Shown: positions 8,539 to 16,872 of the stretch, one piece after another
Layout of the letters: each line of letters starts with the position of its first letter
Numbering within the stretch: the stretch's first letter is position 1
Source of the DNA: a virus
Lineage: Duplodnaviria > Caudoviricetes
DNA length: 26,824 bases
Strand: one strand, 5' to 3'
IMG/VR virus record: IMGVR_UViG_3300030330_006100
Span: 1-26,824 of that record
The notes under the pieces: generated by a model
The model's input: only the letters and a program-made list of their open reading frames with translations
The model's database searches: none
Told to the model about the DNA's origin: nothing
Program-made: the position numbers and the translations under genes

Positions 8539-9123
8539 ATGAGAGTTCAATTCTATAAACCAAACGCAAAAGTAACTGGAACCGCTTGCCAATTTTGGGT
8601 CGGAGACGACGGGGCAATTATGGGTTCTTTAATTAAACAAGACGGATGGAATCAAAACACACGCAGCGGTAGTTTCGCAAAGAACATGAACAACCCTGCG
8701 AAAAGAGTGATTCTAAAATTTTCTCAAGCTGAAGTCGGAGAAATCGTTCGAGCTATTGACAGTAACACCACGGCTCAAACAAACGGCAACGATGGATTCT
8801 ATCACCGTTCACAAAATCAAATTACTAAAATCTTTTTTGGTCCTTACGTGAGGGGTGAACAACAAGTGGGTTATTCTTATTCAGTTCAAAAAGAAGATAA
8901 AGAAGATTCAACTAACAAAACTAATTTTCTTATTGGATTTACTTTTGCTGAAGGTATTGTTCTAAAAGAGGCTTTGCTTTGTGCGCTTAGAGAATCATTC
9001 GTTCAAGCAGCGAATCCCAAAAACTACAAGTCGCAGAACAAGCAGTCTCAGTCCGAACAAGCTCCGCAACCCACTCAACAACCACAGCCTGTTTCGCAAG
9101 CTTTTGACGATGACGAGTGGTAA
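8539..9123 (+). CDS. Putative single-stranded DNA-binding protein, Whirly/PC4-like fold with acidic tail
   Basis: Two beta-strand-then-helix halves ending in KFSQAEVGEIV and GFTFAEGIVLK, a Q/P-rich linker and an SSB-like terminus AFDDDEW. Directly after dnaE. Confidence 0.55.
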   Translation: MRVQFYKPNAKVTGTACQFWVGDDGAIMGSLIKQDGWNQNTRSGSFAKNMNNPAKRVILKFSQAEVGEIVRAIDSNTTAQTNGNDGFYHRSQNQITKIFFGPYVRGEQQVGYSYSVQKEDKEDSTNKTNFLIGFTFAEGIVLKEALLCALRESFVQAANPKNYKSQNKQSQSEQAPQPTQQPQPVSQAFDDDEW

Positions 9124-9126
9124 ATT

Positions 9127-9232
9127 TGAGGCCCGTACCTGCCTCACGCTGGTCTCTGAGTGCCACGCCGAAAGGTGCAAGATATGAAACTCAGCAAGGC
9201 CGCCCCACCTTGAACCAAGGGGCTAACTTTTT
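9127..9232 (+). ncRNA. GC-rich structured intergenic element (candidate cis-regulatory RNA or attenuator ending in a terminator-like hairpin)
   Basis: Stems TGAGGC/GCCTCA (9127-9146), CTGAGT/ACTCAG (9156-9194) extended by GGTCT/AGGCC, CGCC-GAAA-GGTG (9166-9177) and CCTTG-AAC-CAAGG (9208-9220), followed by TAACTTTTT. Confidence 0.5.
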
Positions 9233-9238
9233 AGTGTC

Positions 9239-11158
9239 ATGCGTAAAAAGAAACTGTTATATCAGTCAGATTTTTCATTAGCTAAAACGGGCTTTGGACG
9301 ATGCGCCAAGGCTCTTTTGAGCTATTTGTATAAAACTGGAAAATATGAAATTATTCATTATGCTTGCGGCGGCATGAACAAAGGCAATCCAATGTTTAAA
9401 AAAACGCCTTGGACAACCATCGGTACACTACCCGATAATAAAGCCGAATTAGAGCAAATCCAGAAAGACCCCGAACTCGCCAGAAAAGCTAATTACGGAG
9501 CGGTATTGCTCGATAAAACTATCGAAGAATACAAGCCAGACGTTTATATCGCCGCTCAAGACATTTGGGGCGTAGACTTTGCAATAGACAAACCGTGGTT
9601 CAACGATGTGACTTCCGCCATTTGGACCACTTTAGACTCATTGCCCATTTTGCCGTCAGCCCTCAAGCCAGCAGATAAAATTAAAAATTATTGGATTTGG
9701 AGTAATTTTGCTACGAAGGCATTGCACGAGTTAGGTCACGATCATGTTGAAACGATGCATGGTCCGTTGGAAGATAGCTACTTTAAAAGACTTCCTGATG
9801 AAACTAGATTAAATATAAGAAATCATTTTAAAATTGATCCAGATATTTTTATGATTGGTTTCGTGTTTAGAAATCAATTAAGAAAATCTGTACCAAATTT
9901 ATTAGAGGGTTACTCTATTTTTAAACGATGGAACCCGAACGTAAAGTCAGGGCTTTTACTGCATACTCATTTTGGAGAAGGTTGGGGTATTGCCAAGCTT
10001 GCCGAAGAATACAATGTTCCGCTCGAAGACATTTATACGACTTATATTTGTAAAGCTTGCAAGCATTACCAAGTCTGTAACTTTACAACAGTTGAAAAAG
10101 ACTGTCCGATGTGCGGTAATAAAAAAAGTCAAACCACAACCAACGTATCTGATGGCGTTACGGAAAATCAATTAAATGATGTTTATAATTTAATGGATGT
10201 GTACTGTCATCCATTTACCTCTGGTGGACAAGAGTATCCGATTCAAGAAGCCAAGCTGACCGAGTTGATTACTTTGGTTACAAACTATAGCTGCGGTGAA
10301 GAAATGTGCGAAGAGGAAGCGGCATCTTTACCGCTTGAATGGACCGAATACCGAGAGCACGGTACGCAGTTCAGAAAGGCTTCTACCTGCCCCAAGAGCA
10401 TCGCCAGACAGCTTCAGAAGGTATACGACATGAAGCCCGACAAAAGGGCTAAGATGCAAAAACAGGCTCGAAAATGGGTGCTTGATAATTACTCTATCTC
10501 GGTGATAGGTAAAAAGTTTGAAGAGTTTATTGATTCTGCGCCATTTGTAGACTACGATAAAATATCCATTTACGGAGAAACCCCAGACCCATACTGCGAC
10601 GTAAAACACGAAGGCGATAATAAAGCGTGGCTTGAGAGTTTGTACAAAAACGTCCTAAAAAAAGACCCAGAAAAAGAAGAAGACGGCATGAAACACTGGC
10701 TCGAAAGAATAGAGCGTGGTGAACCATTGCAAGAAATTGAAAAATACTTTAGGCAAGTAGCAGAACAAGAAAAACAAAATCATTCAAATAATAAAAAAGA
10801 TTTTACTGATTTCTTGGACAAAGACGATGAAGGTCGGCGTATTCTTTATACAATGCCAGTTGATGATTCTAATGTGTTTTTGTCTACTAGCTTATTTGAG
10901 TCAATAAAAGAGCAGTACCCAGATCATAATTTATATGTTGCTACCTCTGCTCAGTTTGAATCTATGCTGAAAGGTAATGATTTTATCCACAAGGTAATTC
11001 CATTCTTGCCGCAAATGGAAAACCAAATGTGGCTTGAAGGACAGGGTAATCACAAAGGGTTTTTTGAAATTGCGTTTTTAGCGCACGTTGGAACAGAAAA
11101 AATTATTGATTATCTGCACAACGGCAAAGATAAAATTGCGTTTGATATAAAGGGCTAA
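9239..11158 (+). CDS. Multidomain glycosyltransferase: GT4-like GT-B domain with Zn-ribbon insert, DUF4214-like helical domain and GT9-like N-terminal lobe
   Basis: TGFGR start motif, KPDVYI, FRNQLRKSVPNLLEGY, LNDVYNLMDVYCHPFTSGGQEYPIQEA. CxxC..CxxC insert, WLESLYKNVLKKDP..GMKHWL, and RRILY..VFLSTSLFESIKEQYPD..LKGNDFIHKVIPF. Confidence 0.82.
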   Translation: MRKKKLLYQSDFSLAKTGFGRCAKALLSYLYKTGKYEIIHYACGGMNKGNPMFKKTPWTTIGTLPDNKAELEQIQKDPELARKANYGAVLLDKTIEEYKPDVYIAAQDIWGVDFAIDKPWFNDVTSAIWTTLDSLPILPSALKPADKIKNYWIWSNFATKALHELGHDHVETMHGPLEDSYFKRLPDETRLNIRNHFKIDPDIFMIGFVFRNQLRKSVPNLLEGYSIFKRWNPNVKSGLLLHTHFGEGWGIAKLAEEYNVPLEDIYTTYICKACKHYQVCNFTTVEKDCPMCGNKKSQTTTNVSDGVTENQLNDVYNLMDVYCHPFTSGGQEYPIQEAKLTELITLVTNYSCGEEMCEEEAASLPLEWTEYREHGTQFRKASTCPKSIARQLQKVYDMKPDKRAKMQKQARKWVLDNYSISVIGKKFEEFIDSAPFVDYDKISIYGETPDPYCDVKHEGDNKAWLESLYKNVLKKDPEKEEDGMKHWLERIERGEPLQEIEKYFRQVAEQEKQNHSNNKKDFTDFLDKDDEGRRILYTMPVDDSNVFLSTSLFESIKEQYPDHNLYVATSAQFESMLKGNDFIHKVIPFLPQMENQMWLEGQGNHKGFFEIAFLAHVGTEKIIDYLHNGKDKIAFDIKG

Positions 11159-11160
11159 AT

Positions 11161-12339
11161 ATGCACAGTTTAGAAAGATTTGCTTTATCTACGGGCGTAA
11201 AAATTAAAACGCCGAAAATTTATGAAGATTATTATCCATTAAAGGATGAAAAGTTTATTACGTTTTCTCCAATTGGAATCGAAACCAATAATTACAGCTA
11301 CTGGGACGAAGTTATGGAACTTGTGCTTCCCAAGCTTGAGTCTTTAAATATCAAAGTTTATCAATTTGGAACTGAAGAAAAAGTAATAAAGGGTTGCAAA
11401 CTAATACAAGGCCCAAGTTACAATCAAGCTTCTTACATAATCAGCAAGTCGATTTTGCACGTTGGGGTTGATGGCTGCTTTATTCACTTCGCCAACAACA
11501 ACCAGAAGAAAATTGTTGCGCTTTACTCTCATGTACTCGCCAGCCACAAAGGCCCCTATTGGAAAGATAACGCCAACCACGTTATCCTTGAGCCAGAGAG
11601 AACCGATACAAAGCCGCCTTACGCCGCGCAAGAAATGCCTCGTTCAATTGACACCATTGAACCAGAGAAAATTGCCAAAGCTATATTTAAACTTCTTGAA
11701 GTCGATTTTGATTACGACTACAAAACTGTGGCTTGTGGTCGAGATTATAATTTAAATTTTGTTGATTTGGTTCCGAACAAGCCAATGGAGGCTTACGGAG
11801 TTGATATCGGTAATTTTAGGGTCAGAATGGATTTGTTTTTCAACGAGCAAATCTTAAACCACTCTCTGAACAATGCCAGAGGCGCGGTAGAAATCATAAC
11901 AAATAAACCAATAAATTTTGATTTACTCGCGGCGCACAAAGATAAAATTAAATCAATTATTTTTAAATACGATAACGAAACTCCAGAGCTTAACGGCTGG
12001 ATCGAGCGTTTATCATCTTTGAAAATTAACTTTGCTTTTGTTTCTCACCTACCAGAAGAGCAACAAAATCAATTTAAACTTAAATATATGGACTTTGTAT
12101 TGCTACAGAAGCTAGAACACAATACAAAAGAGAATTTTAATATAGAATCAACAAAAGACTTATATTATAAATCTAATAAAATTATTTTAAGTGATGGTAA
12201 ATATTATCCAAGTATTTACTGCATGAAACACAATTTGCCTGTAGATGGCCCCGTAAAAGAGATTCGGCCCGTTGTCGATGATCCTGAGTTTTGGAAAGAC
12301 TCTGACGACTTCATAATTCTAAAAAAAGAAGTTGACTAA
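11161..12339 (+). CDS. GT9 (heptosyltransferase-like) C-terminal lobe fused to an unknown domain
   Basis: YSYWDEV..IKVYQFG..QASYIISKSILHVGVDGCFIHFA..KIVALYS..SIDTIEPEKI resembles the nucleotide-sugar-binding lobe of GT9. Confidence 0.65.
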   Translation: MHSLERFALSTGVKIKTPKIYEDYYPLKDEKFITFSPIGIETNNYSYWDEVMELVLPKLESLNIKVYQFGTEEKVIKGCKLIQGPSYNQASYIISKSILHVGVDGCFIHFANNNQKKIVALYSHVLASHKGPYWKDNANHVILEPERTDTKPPYAAQEMPRSIDTIEPEKIAKAIFKLLEVDFDYDYKTVACGRDYNLNFVDLVPNKPMEAYGVDIGNFRVRMDLFFNEQILNHSLNNARGAVEIITNKPINFDLLAAHKDKIKSIIFKYDNETPELNGWIERLSSLKINFAFVSHLPEEQQNQFKLKYMDFVLLQKLEHNTKENFNIESTKDLYYKSNKIILSDGKYYPSIYCMKHNLPVDGPVKEIRPVVDDPEFWKDSDDFIILKKEVD

Positions 12340-12360
12340 AAATCAAAAACGTGTTATATT
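12332..12360 (+). promoter_or_regulatory. Sigma70-type promoter with extended -10
   Basis: TTGACT (12332-12337), 17-nt spacer, TG-T-TATATT (-10 at 12355-12360). ATG follows 6 nt later at 12367. Confidence 0.78.
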
Positions 12361-12366
12361 TAAATT

Positions 12367-13071
12367 ATGCCTAGAACAAAAACTGTAAAACGACAAGCCT
12401 TTGTAAGAGACGAAAGTGGGCTGATCACACAACCAAAAATTGACTATGTTTTCAATGAAGATGGAACCGTGGATTGGCGTAAGATGGTCAAAGAAGAATT
12501 TCTTGTACCTAACAAGCAGCGCACCAAAGAAACCGATGTATCTAAATTAGAAGATTATCAATTGATCGTGCTTCTCGGCGGAATCAAAGAGCTTGCTCAA
12601 ATTCGCGGATATACTAACGTTCGATACGATGTAGTTTCTCCGTCCCCAGATTACGTGGCAGCGACATGCTCGATTGATTGGATTCCTAATTACGAGACTG
12701 AAGACCGACCCGTTACTTTCTCGGCTATCGGAGACGCTTCTCCAAACAACACCGAAAGCTTTGCTCGTTATTATCTTGGTCCAATTGCGGAGAACCGCGC
12801 TTTTGTCCGCTGCGTTCGGAACTTCTTAAAGATTAATGTTGTGGCTCAAGAAGAGCTTGGTAGCACTAAAATGTTCCAAGATGATTCACCCAAACAAACC
12901 GACCCCAAGGCTTTGCTTGAGAATGTCATGAAGGACAAGGGTGTATCTTTTGAGCAAGTGAGAACCAAGCTGATGCAAGAGAAGTTCTCTGGAGCGGAAG
13001 CCTTCGAATCTGTATCTGATATTCCAAAGGGTAAAATCTTTGAATTGATTCAGCGAATCAATAAAAAGTAA
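12367..13071 (+). CDS. Putative single-strand annealing protein (Rad52/Sak/Redbeta superfamily)
   Basis: LLGGIKELAQIRG..VAATCSI..FSAIGDASPNN..IAENRAFVRCVRNFLKI..EEL resembles the beta-beta-beta-alpha core ending in the AETRA..RA.R helix of phage annealing proteins. Confidence 0.55.
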   Translation: MPRTKTVKRQAFVRDESGLITQPKIDYVFNEDGTVDWRKMVKEEFLVPNKQRTKETDVSKLEDYQLIVLLGGIKELAQIRGYTNVRYDVVSPSPDYVAATCSIDWIPNYETEDRPVTFSAIGDASPNNTESFARYYLGPIAENRAFVRCVRNFLKINVVAQEELGSTKMFQDDSPKQTDPKALLENVMKDKGVSFEQVRTKLMQEKFSGAEAFESVSDIPKGKIFELIQRINKK

Positions 13072-13072
13072 A

Positions 13073-16000
13073 CTAACTGGAACAAATAGAGGCTCCGGTA
13101 TCGTAAGATAATGTACCTACGGTGCTAAAGCCAAAACTGTAGATTCCGGTTGGTTCGGGAGTAGGCTGACCGTAATTCCAACTATAGTCAGCAGGGCCAT
13201 AACCAATCAGTTCACCCAAAGAGCCATTAGTGCTACCTTTTGTAAACATTTCCCACTGTACAAACGGGAAACCGAAGCTCGCATCGTGTTGTAAAATAAT
13301 ATAAGTACAACCATCCGGAGGTAAACTATCTGACCCAAGGTTATAACAATTAGCGCAGTCTTTAATATACATGTCCGCGTTGTTAAATGAATCAGTGTAG
13401 CCCGCGCCAGAAAGATTGACTCCTGTTCTTTTGTACATTTTATCACAGAAATCGAGATACCCATACAGCGTTCCAGTAAAGACCGCGTCTGGCTCTCCAG
13501 ATGTACAACTTGCCGAGGGTCCAGAGGGGCCAGAGGGGCCTGTCGCCCCCACGGGAGAACAACCGCAGCACCCGCTGCCGCTACCATCAACACTAAACAT
13601 ATTTAGAACATAACTCATGCCCGATGTACCCCAAGTGGCTGGAGAGTCGCCAGTAAAACCATCGGTAGAATTGTAGCCGCTATTGTTTCCTGTGTCGCAT
13701 CTATAACTAGTATTATTTATATTAAAACAGTTTCCGCTGTCGTGCTTGCCGGGGCAATTAAGATTATAATAACCAGTAAAATTACTGTCAGCGGGAAGAA
13801 AAGTGCTCCAGCCAAAAACCCCCGAATAATCATTTTCTAGGGTAGTTTTAATAAAAGTGGAGTCTTTACTTAAAACACCGCTTCCAGTTAGCGGATTCGA
13901 AGTAATATTTTGATTGTTACCAGCAGCCTTACCCAAAGAGTCTCCGCTGTCATCAAAAACTTCTAAATCATAATTCCATATTTGTTTTTGCGGGTTAGAT
14001 GGAGCATATCCGCCTGTCCAATATAAATCTCCACTTACCGTGGCCCGAATAATGCCCGTGCAATCGTCATAAAATGCTAATTTACTTCCAGTTTCTACAC
14101 AACCAGTTCCAGAAGCAGTAACATAAGCCCCGCTTATTGATCTACTGCAACTGACACCGCTGTATCCTGTGATTGTGGTTGTGCCTGAGCAGCACCTAGA
14201 ATTTTCGTAATCATTTAAACTAACATTATAAAAACCAGAGGAATCAGTTAACCATTGAACTAAATCTCCTGTGGTTCGACCACCTGTAAAATCTCCAGAA
14301 TATTGATCTTTGTAAGCGCGAACAAACAAATTAATCATTTTACCACTAAGAGAAGAATCTAATTCTAATTTTCTACCAGAATATAAATTTTTGACTTTTT
14401 GACATAAACTTGGATCAGGTAAAGTTGCGCCATTTGTCTCTCTGTAGGCGTCGTTTAAATGAGGTTCGAAATGTGGGCGATAATCATCACTATAAAATCC
14501 TTGATTAGCCAATGGCTCTGTATCATACAATGGAAATGAATGACCCCAATTGCTGGTCGAAGCTGTGGTTCCAGAGTCGTATATTTCTGTTATTTTTTCA
14601 AAAGCGACTTTAGATTCCGGTAGGTCCATGCAGCCTTGCATAGATACGGTCCAATTATTGTGAATGTATTTAGAGCCTATGTAATAAAAATCAGACTGAC
14701 CAGCTTTGGTTACTAATTTAGAGTAAGGGGTGGAAGAGATAGTGTTTTGATCACTAGTGCTTAAATAATGAAAAGCTCCAACTCCAGAAAATCCGGTTTC
14801 ATCTCCAATCGAAGGCTCAGAGTAGTCGTCCTCGCTTGTTCCTTTATATACTAAACTATAACCACTAGTTCCAGTAGATTCAAAGCTAAATTCATAACCC
14901 CCAGCGATTACTCCGCTTAATTTCCCCGTTACTTCCCAAGCTGTATGTCCGGGCGTTTTGCCTGTTATAGTAACCAATACAGGGCTTACTCCTGTACCGG
15001 AGGGAACAAAAGACAGCCAAAAACTATCGCCTATATTTAAATCATTAAAACTACTACCGGGATACAACCTAACATAATTATTTGTATTAAAGAAATAAGG
15101 GAAGCTAGTAGAAGTTTCAATCTCTCCTCCACCTAAAAATTCTGGCACTCGTTTATGGCAAACATGATAACCCGGAATTGTTGTTTCATCTACGGTATGA
15201 TCTGCTCCAAATACATCCGTTAAATCGGCTAATCTCGCCCCGGTAGTTAATTTACTTTTAATATAACTATCGAATCCACTAAATACAGAAGTATTAGTCC
15301 ATATAGTATCGCTATTAAACGGGTCTTCGCAAGAAAGGCCGCTAATGTACCTCCAATCCCGACTCTCAATCATGTGATCTGTTATCGGTTCACCTGTGCC
15401 AAATTTTAAAATCGGTCTTGGTGCATCACATTCATCATCACCCGGATCATAATTATTTAAATCTGAATCACTTGATCCATCGTAAGCAATCTTTGGAAAA
15501 GACCCAGTAATATCATCGAACGAAACTTTTGAACTTCCACTCGTAACCTCTCCATTGGCTGCGCCTGTTCCAACTAAAACAAAATCACCACTTTCATCAA
15601 CAGCTAAAAAGTATCCTGAACGATTAGGTGCTGTCACTACTGAATTCAAGCCACCTCTTCTGGGCCTTCGCTCTAAATAAAAAATTAACGTTGGTTCTTT
15701 TTCGTATACTCCAGTATGCTTTGGGTCAACAACTGGCTGAAAACATTCATTAAAAGCGTATGCATCAGAACCCGGATTGACACCAAAAGGGGTTGAGTAT
15801 TCAGCGCAATACTTATTTGGCCGAGTGTAGTAATTTACTTCAGCCATTAATTCGTAAGTATTATAATCTAACGATGAGTCACTCAGATCACTGGACATTA
15901 CATGCCTGAAGCCAGATTTATCAGTTATGCTTATTCGCCCTAGACTTACAGGCTTTCTGTAATAATAATAATCACCAGTTTGAGCACCAACCCTAGAGGG

Positions 16001-16168
16001 ACAATCTCCTGATGCTCCAGTTGTACAATAATTACAAGACAAAGGTAGCGTTTGCCACACGCAACAGTTTACTCCGCCGCTACAAGGCGAACACGGCCCT
16101 TCTCGATAATCGGAAGGTCTTGTTCCGCTATATTCATAGCCTATTTTTTGGCATCCGCAGTCGCTCAT
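13073..16168 (-). CDS. Large Cys-rich, Ser/Thr-Gly-rich putative virion (tail fibre or adhesin) protein
   Basis: 1031-aa ORF, last in the structural arm. Cys clusters at both ends, many SG/TG dipeptides and a short collagen-like GATGPSGPSGPS. Confidence 0.6.
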   Translation of the reverse strand: MSDCGCQKIGYEYSGTRPSDYREGPCSPCSGGVNCCVWQTLPLSCNYCTTGASGDCPSRVGAQTGDYYYYRKPVSLGRISITDKSGFRHVMSSDLSDSSLDYNTYELMAEVNYYTRPNKYCAEYSTPFGVNPGSDAYAFNECFQPVVDPKHTGVYEKEPTLIFYLERRPRRGGLNSVVTAPNRSGYFLAVDESGDFVLVGTGAANGEVTSGSSKVSFDDITGSFPKIAYDGSSDSDLNNYDPGDDECDAPRPILKFGTGEPITDHMIESRDWRYISGLSCEDPFNSDTIWTNTSVFSGFDSYIKSKLTTGARLADLTDVFGADHTVDETTIPGYHVCHKRVPEFLGGGEIETSTSFPYFFNTNNYVRLYPGSSFNDLNIGDSFWLSFVPSGTGVSPVLVTITGKTPGHTAWEVTGKLSGVIAGGYEFSFESTGTSGYSLVYKGTSEDDYSEPSIGDETGFSGVGAFHYLSTSDQNTISSTPYSKLVTKAGQSDFYYIGSKYIHNNWTVSMQGCMDLPESKVAFEKITEIYDSGTTASTSNWGHSFPLYDTEPLANQGFYSDDYRPHFEPHLNDAYRETNGATLPDPSLCQKVKNLYSGRKLELDSSLSGKMINLFVRAYKDQYSGDFTGGRTTGDLVQWLTDSSGFYNVSLNDYENSRCCSGTTTITGYSGVSCSRSISGAYVTASGTGCVETGSKLAFYDDCTGIIRATVSGDLYWTGGYAPSNPQKQIWNYDLEVFDDSGDSLGKAAGNNQNITSNPLTGSGVLSKDSTFIKTTLENDYSGVFGWSTFLPADSNFTGYYNLNCPGKHDSGNCFNINNTSYRCDTGNNSGYNSTDGFTGDSPATWGTSGMSYVLNMFSVDGSGSGCCGCSPVGATGPSGPSGPSASCTSGEPDAVFTGTLYGYLDFCDKMYKRTGVNLSGAGYTDSFNNADMYIKDCANCYNLGSDSLPPDGCTYIILQHDASFGFPFVQWEMFTKGSTNGSLGELIGYGPADYSWNYGQPTPEPTGIYSFGFSTVGTLSYDTGASICSS

Positions 16169-16170
16169 TA

Positions 16171-16872
16171 TTAGCTTGTCGGGCCACTTGGACCACTTGA
16201 ACTTGTCGGGCCTGTTGGACCACTTGAACTTGTCGGGCCTGTTGGACCACTTGAACTTGTCGGGCCTGTTGGACCAGTTGCTTCGTCACATCCAGATTTA
16301 AATAATATTCTACCACTAATAGTCACACCGTTTTCGCAAAGAGCAATGCATTTTGGATTATATCCATCGGGTAATCCGCCGCCGCCGCCACCAGATTCAT
16401 TCCAAGCTCTGCCAGCGCGGTTTTCGTCTACGAAATGATTTGCACACTTTGCACAACCAGTCTCAAACAAATCGCCCCAGTAGAGAAAATATGGATAATT
16501 AGCAATACAATCATCATAATAACTTTGATGTACTGACCTTGAAGTATCTAAAGGTTCTGATATTTTTTTTGTGAAATTAATTTTATCTCCGCTTTTATAT
16601 GGCGGAGTTATATATTCTGTTTTTCCAGAATAGCTCCCAGCAGGAGCACCCGTTCTTTGTTGTAAATTTGCAGGATTTCTACCCCAATCTCCGCTACCAA
16701 AATAATCTAAAGTTCTTAAACCAAGGGGTCGCGAAACAACAATATCTATTCCAGTTAAATCACCAGCAGAGTCATATCCACTTGTTTTACAAATAAGAAA
16801 ATCATCACAAATAGACTGAACGATAGCTATTTGAGAATCTTGCTCGCTTACTTCTATTCTTTCGAATGGCAT
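16171..16872 (-). CDS. Putative virion protein with a poly-Gly linker and C-terminal GPTGPTSSS repeats
   Basis: 233-aa ORF coupled to the upstream gene by a TAATG overlap. GGGGGG linker and repeat tail. Confidence 0.65.
   Translation of the reverse strand: MPFERIEVSEQDSQIAIVQSICDDFLICKTSGYDSAGDLTGIDIVVSRPLGLRTLDYFGSGDWGRNPANLQQRTGAPAGSYSGKTEYITPPYKSGDKINFTKKISEPLDTSRSVHQSYYDDCIANYPYFLYWGDLFETGCAKCANHFVDENRAGRAWNESGGGGGGLPDGYNPKCIALCENGVTISGRILFKSGCDEATGPTGPTSSSGPTGPTSSSGPTGPTSSSGPSGPTS
16175..16276 (-). repeat. Coding tandem repeat, 27-bp unit, about 3.8 copies
   Basis: + strand unit cttgtcgggcctgttggaccacttgaa at 16202 and 16229, partial at 16256, variant at 16175. Confidence 0.95.

Noticed and set aside
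8981-9187. Short ORFs on both strands across the SSB end and the structured element
   Set aside because: They overlap a better-supported gene and the hairpin region and have no recognisable motifs.
9127-9232. tRNA, hammerhead, HDV/theta ribozyme or SRP RNA identity for the intergenic element
   Set aside because: No cloverleaf or proper T-arm. CTGAGTG does not match CUGANGA with the required stems. GCC-TCACGCT-GGT resembles HDV P3/L3, but I could not build P1, P1.1 and P2. The SRP CAGG/AGCAG loop is absent.
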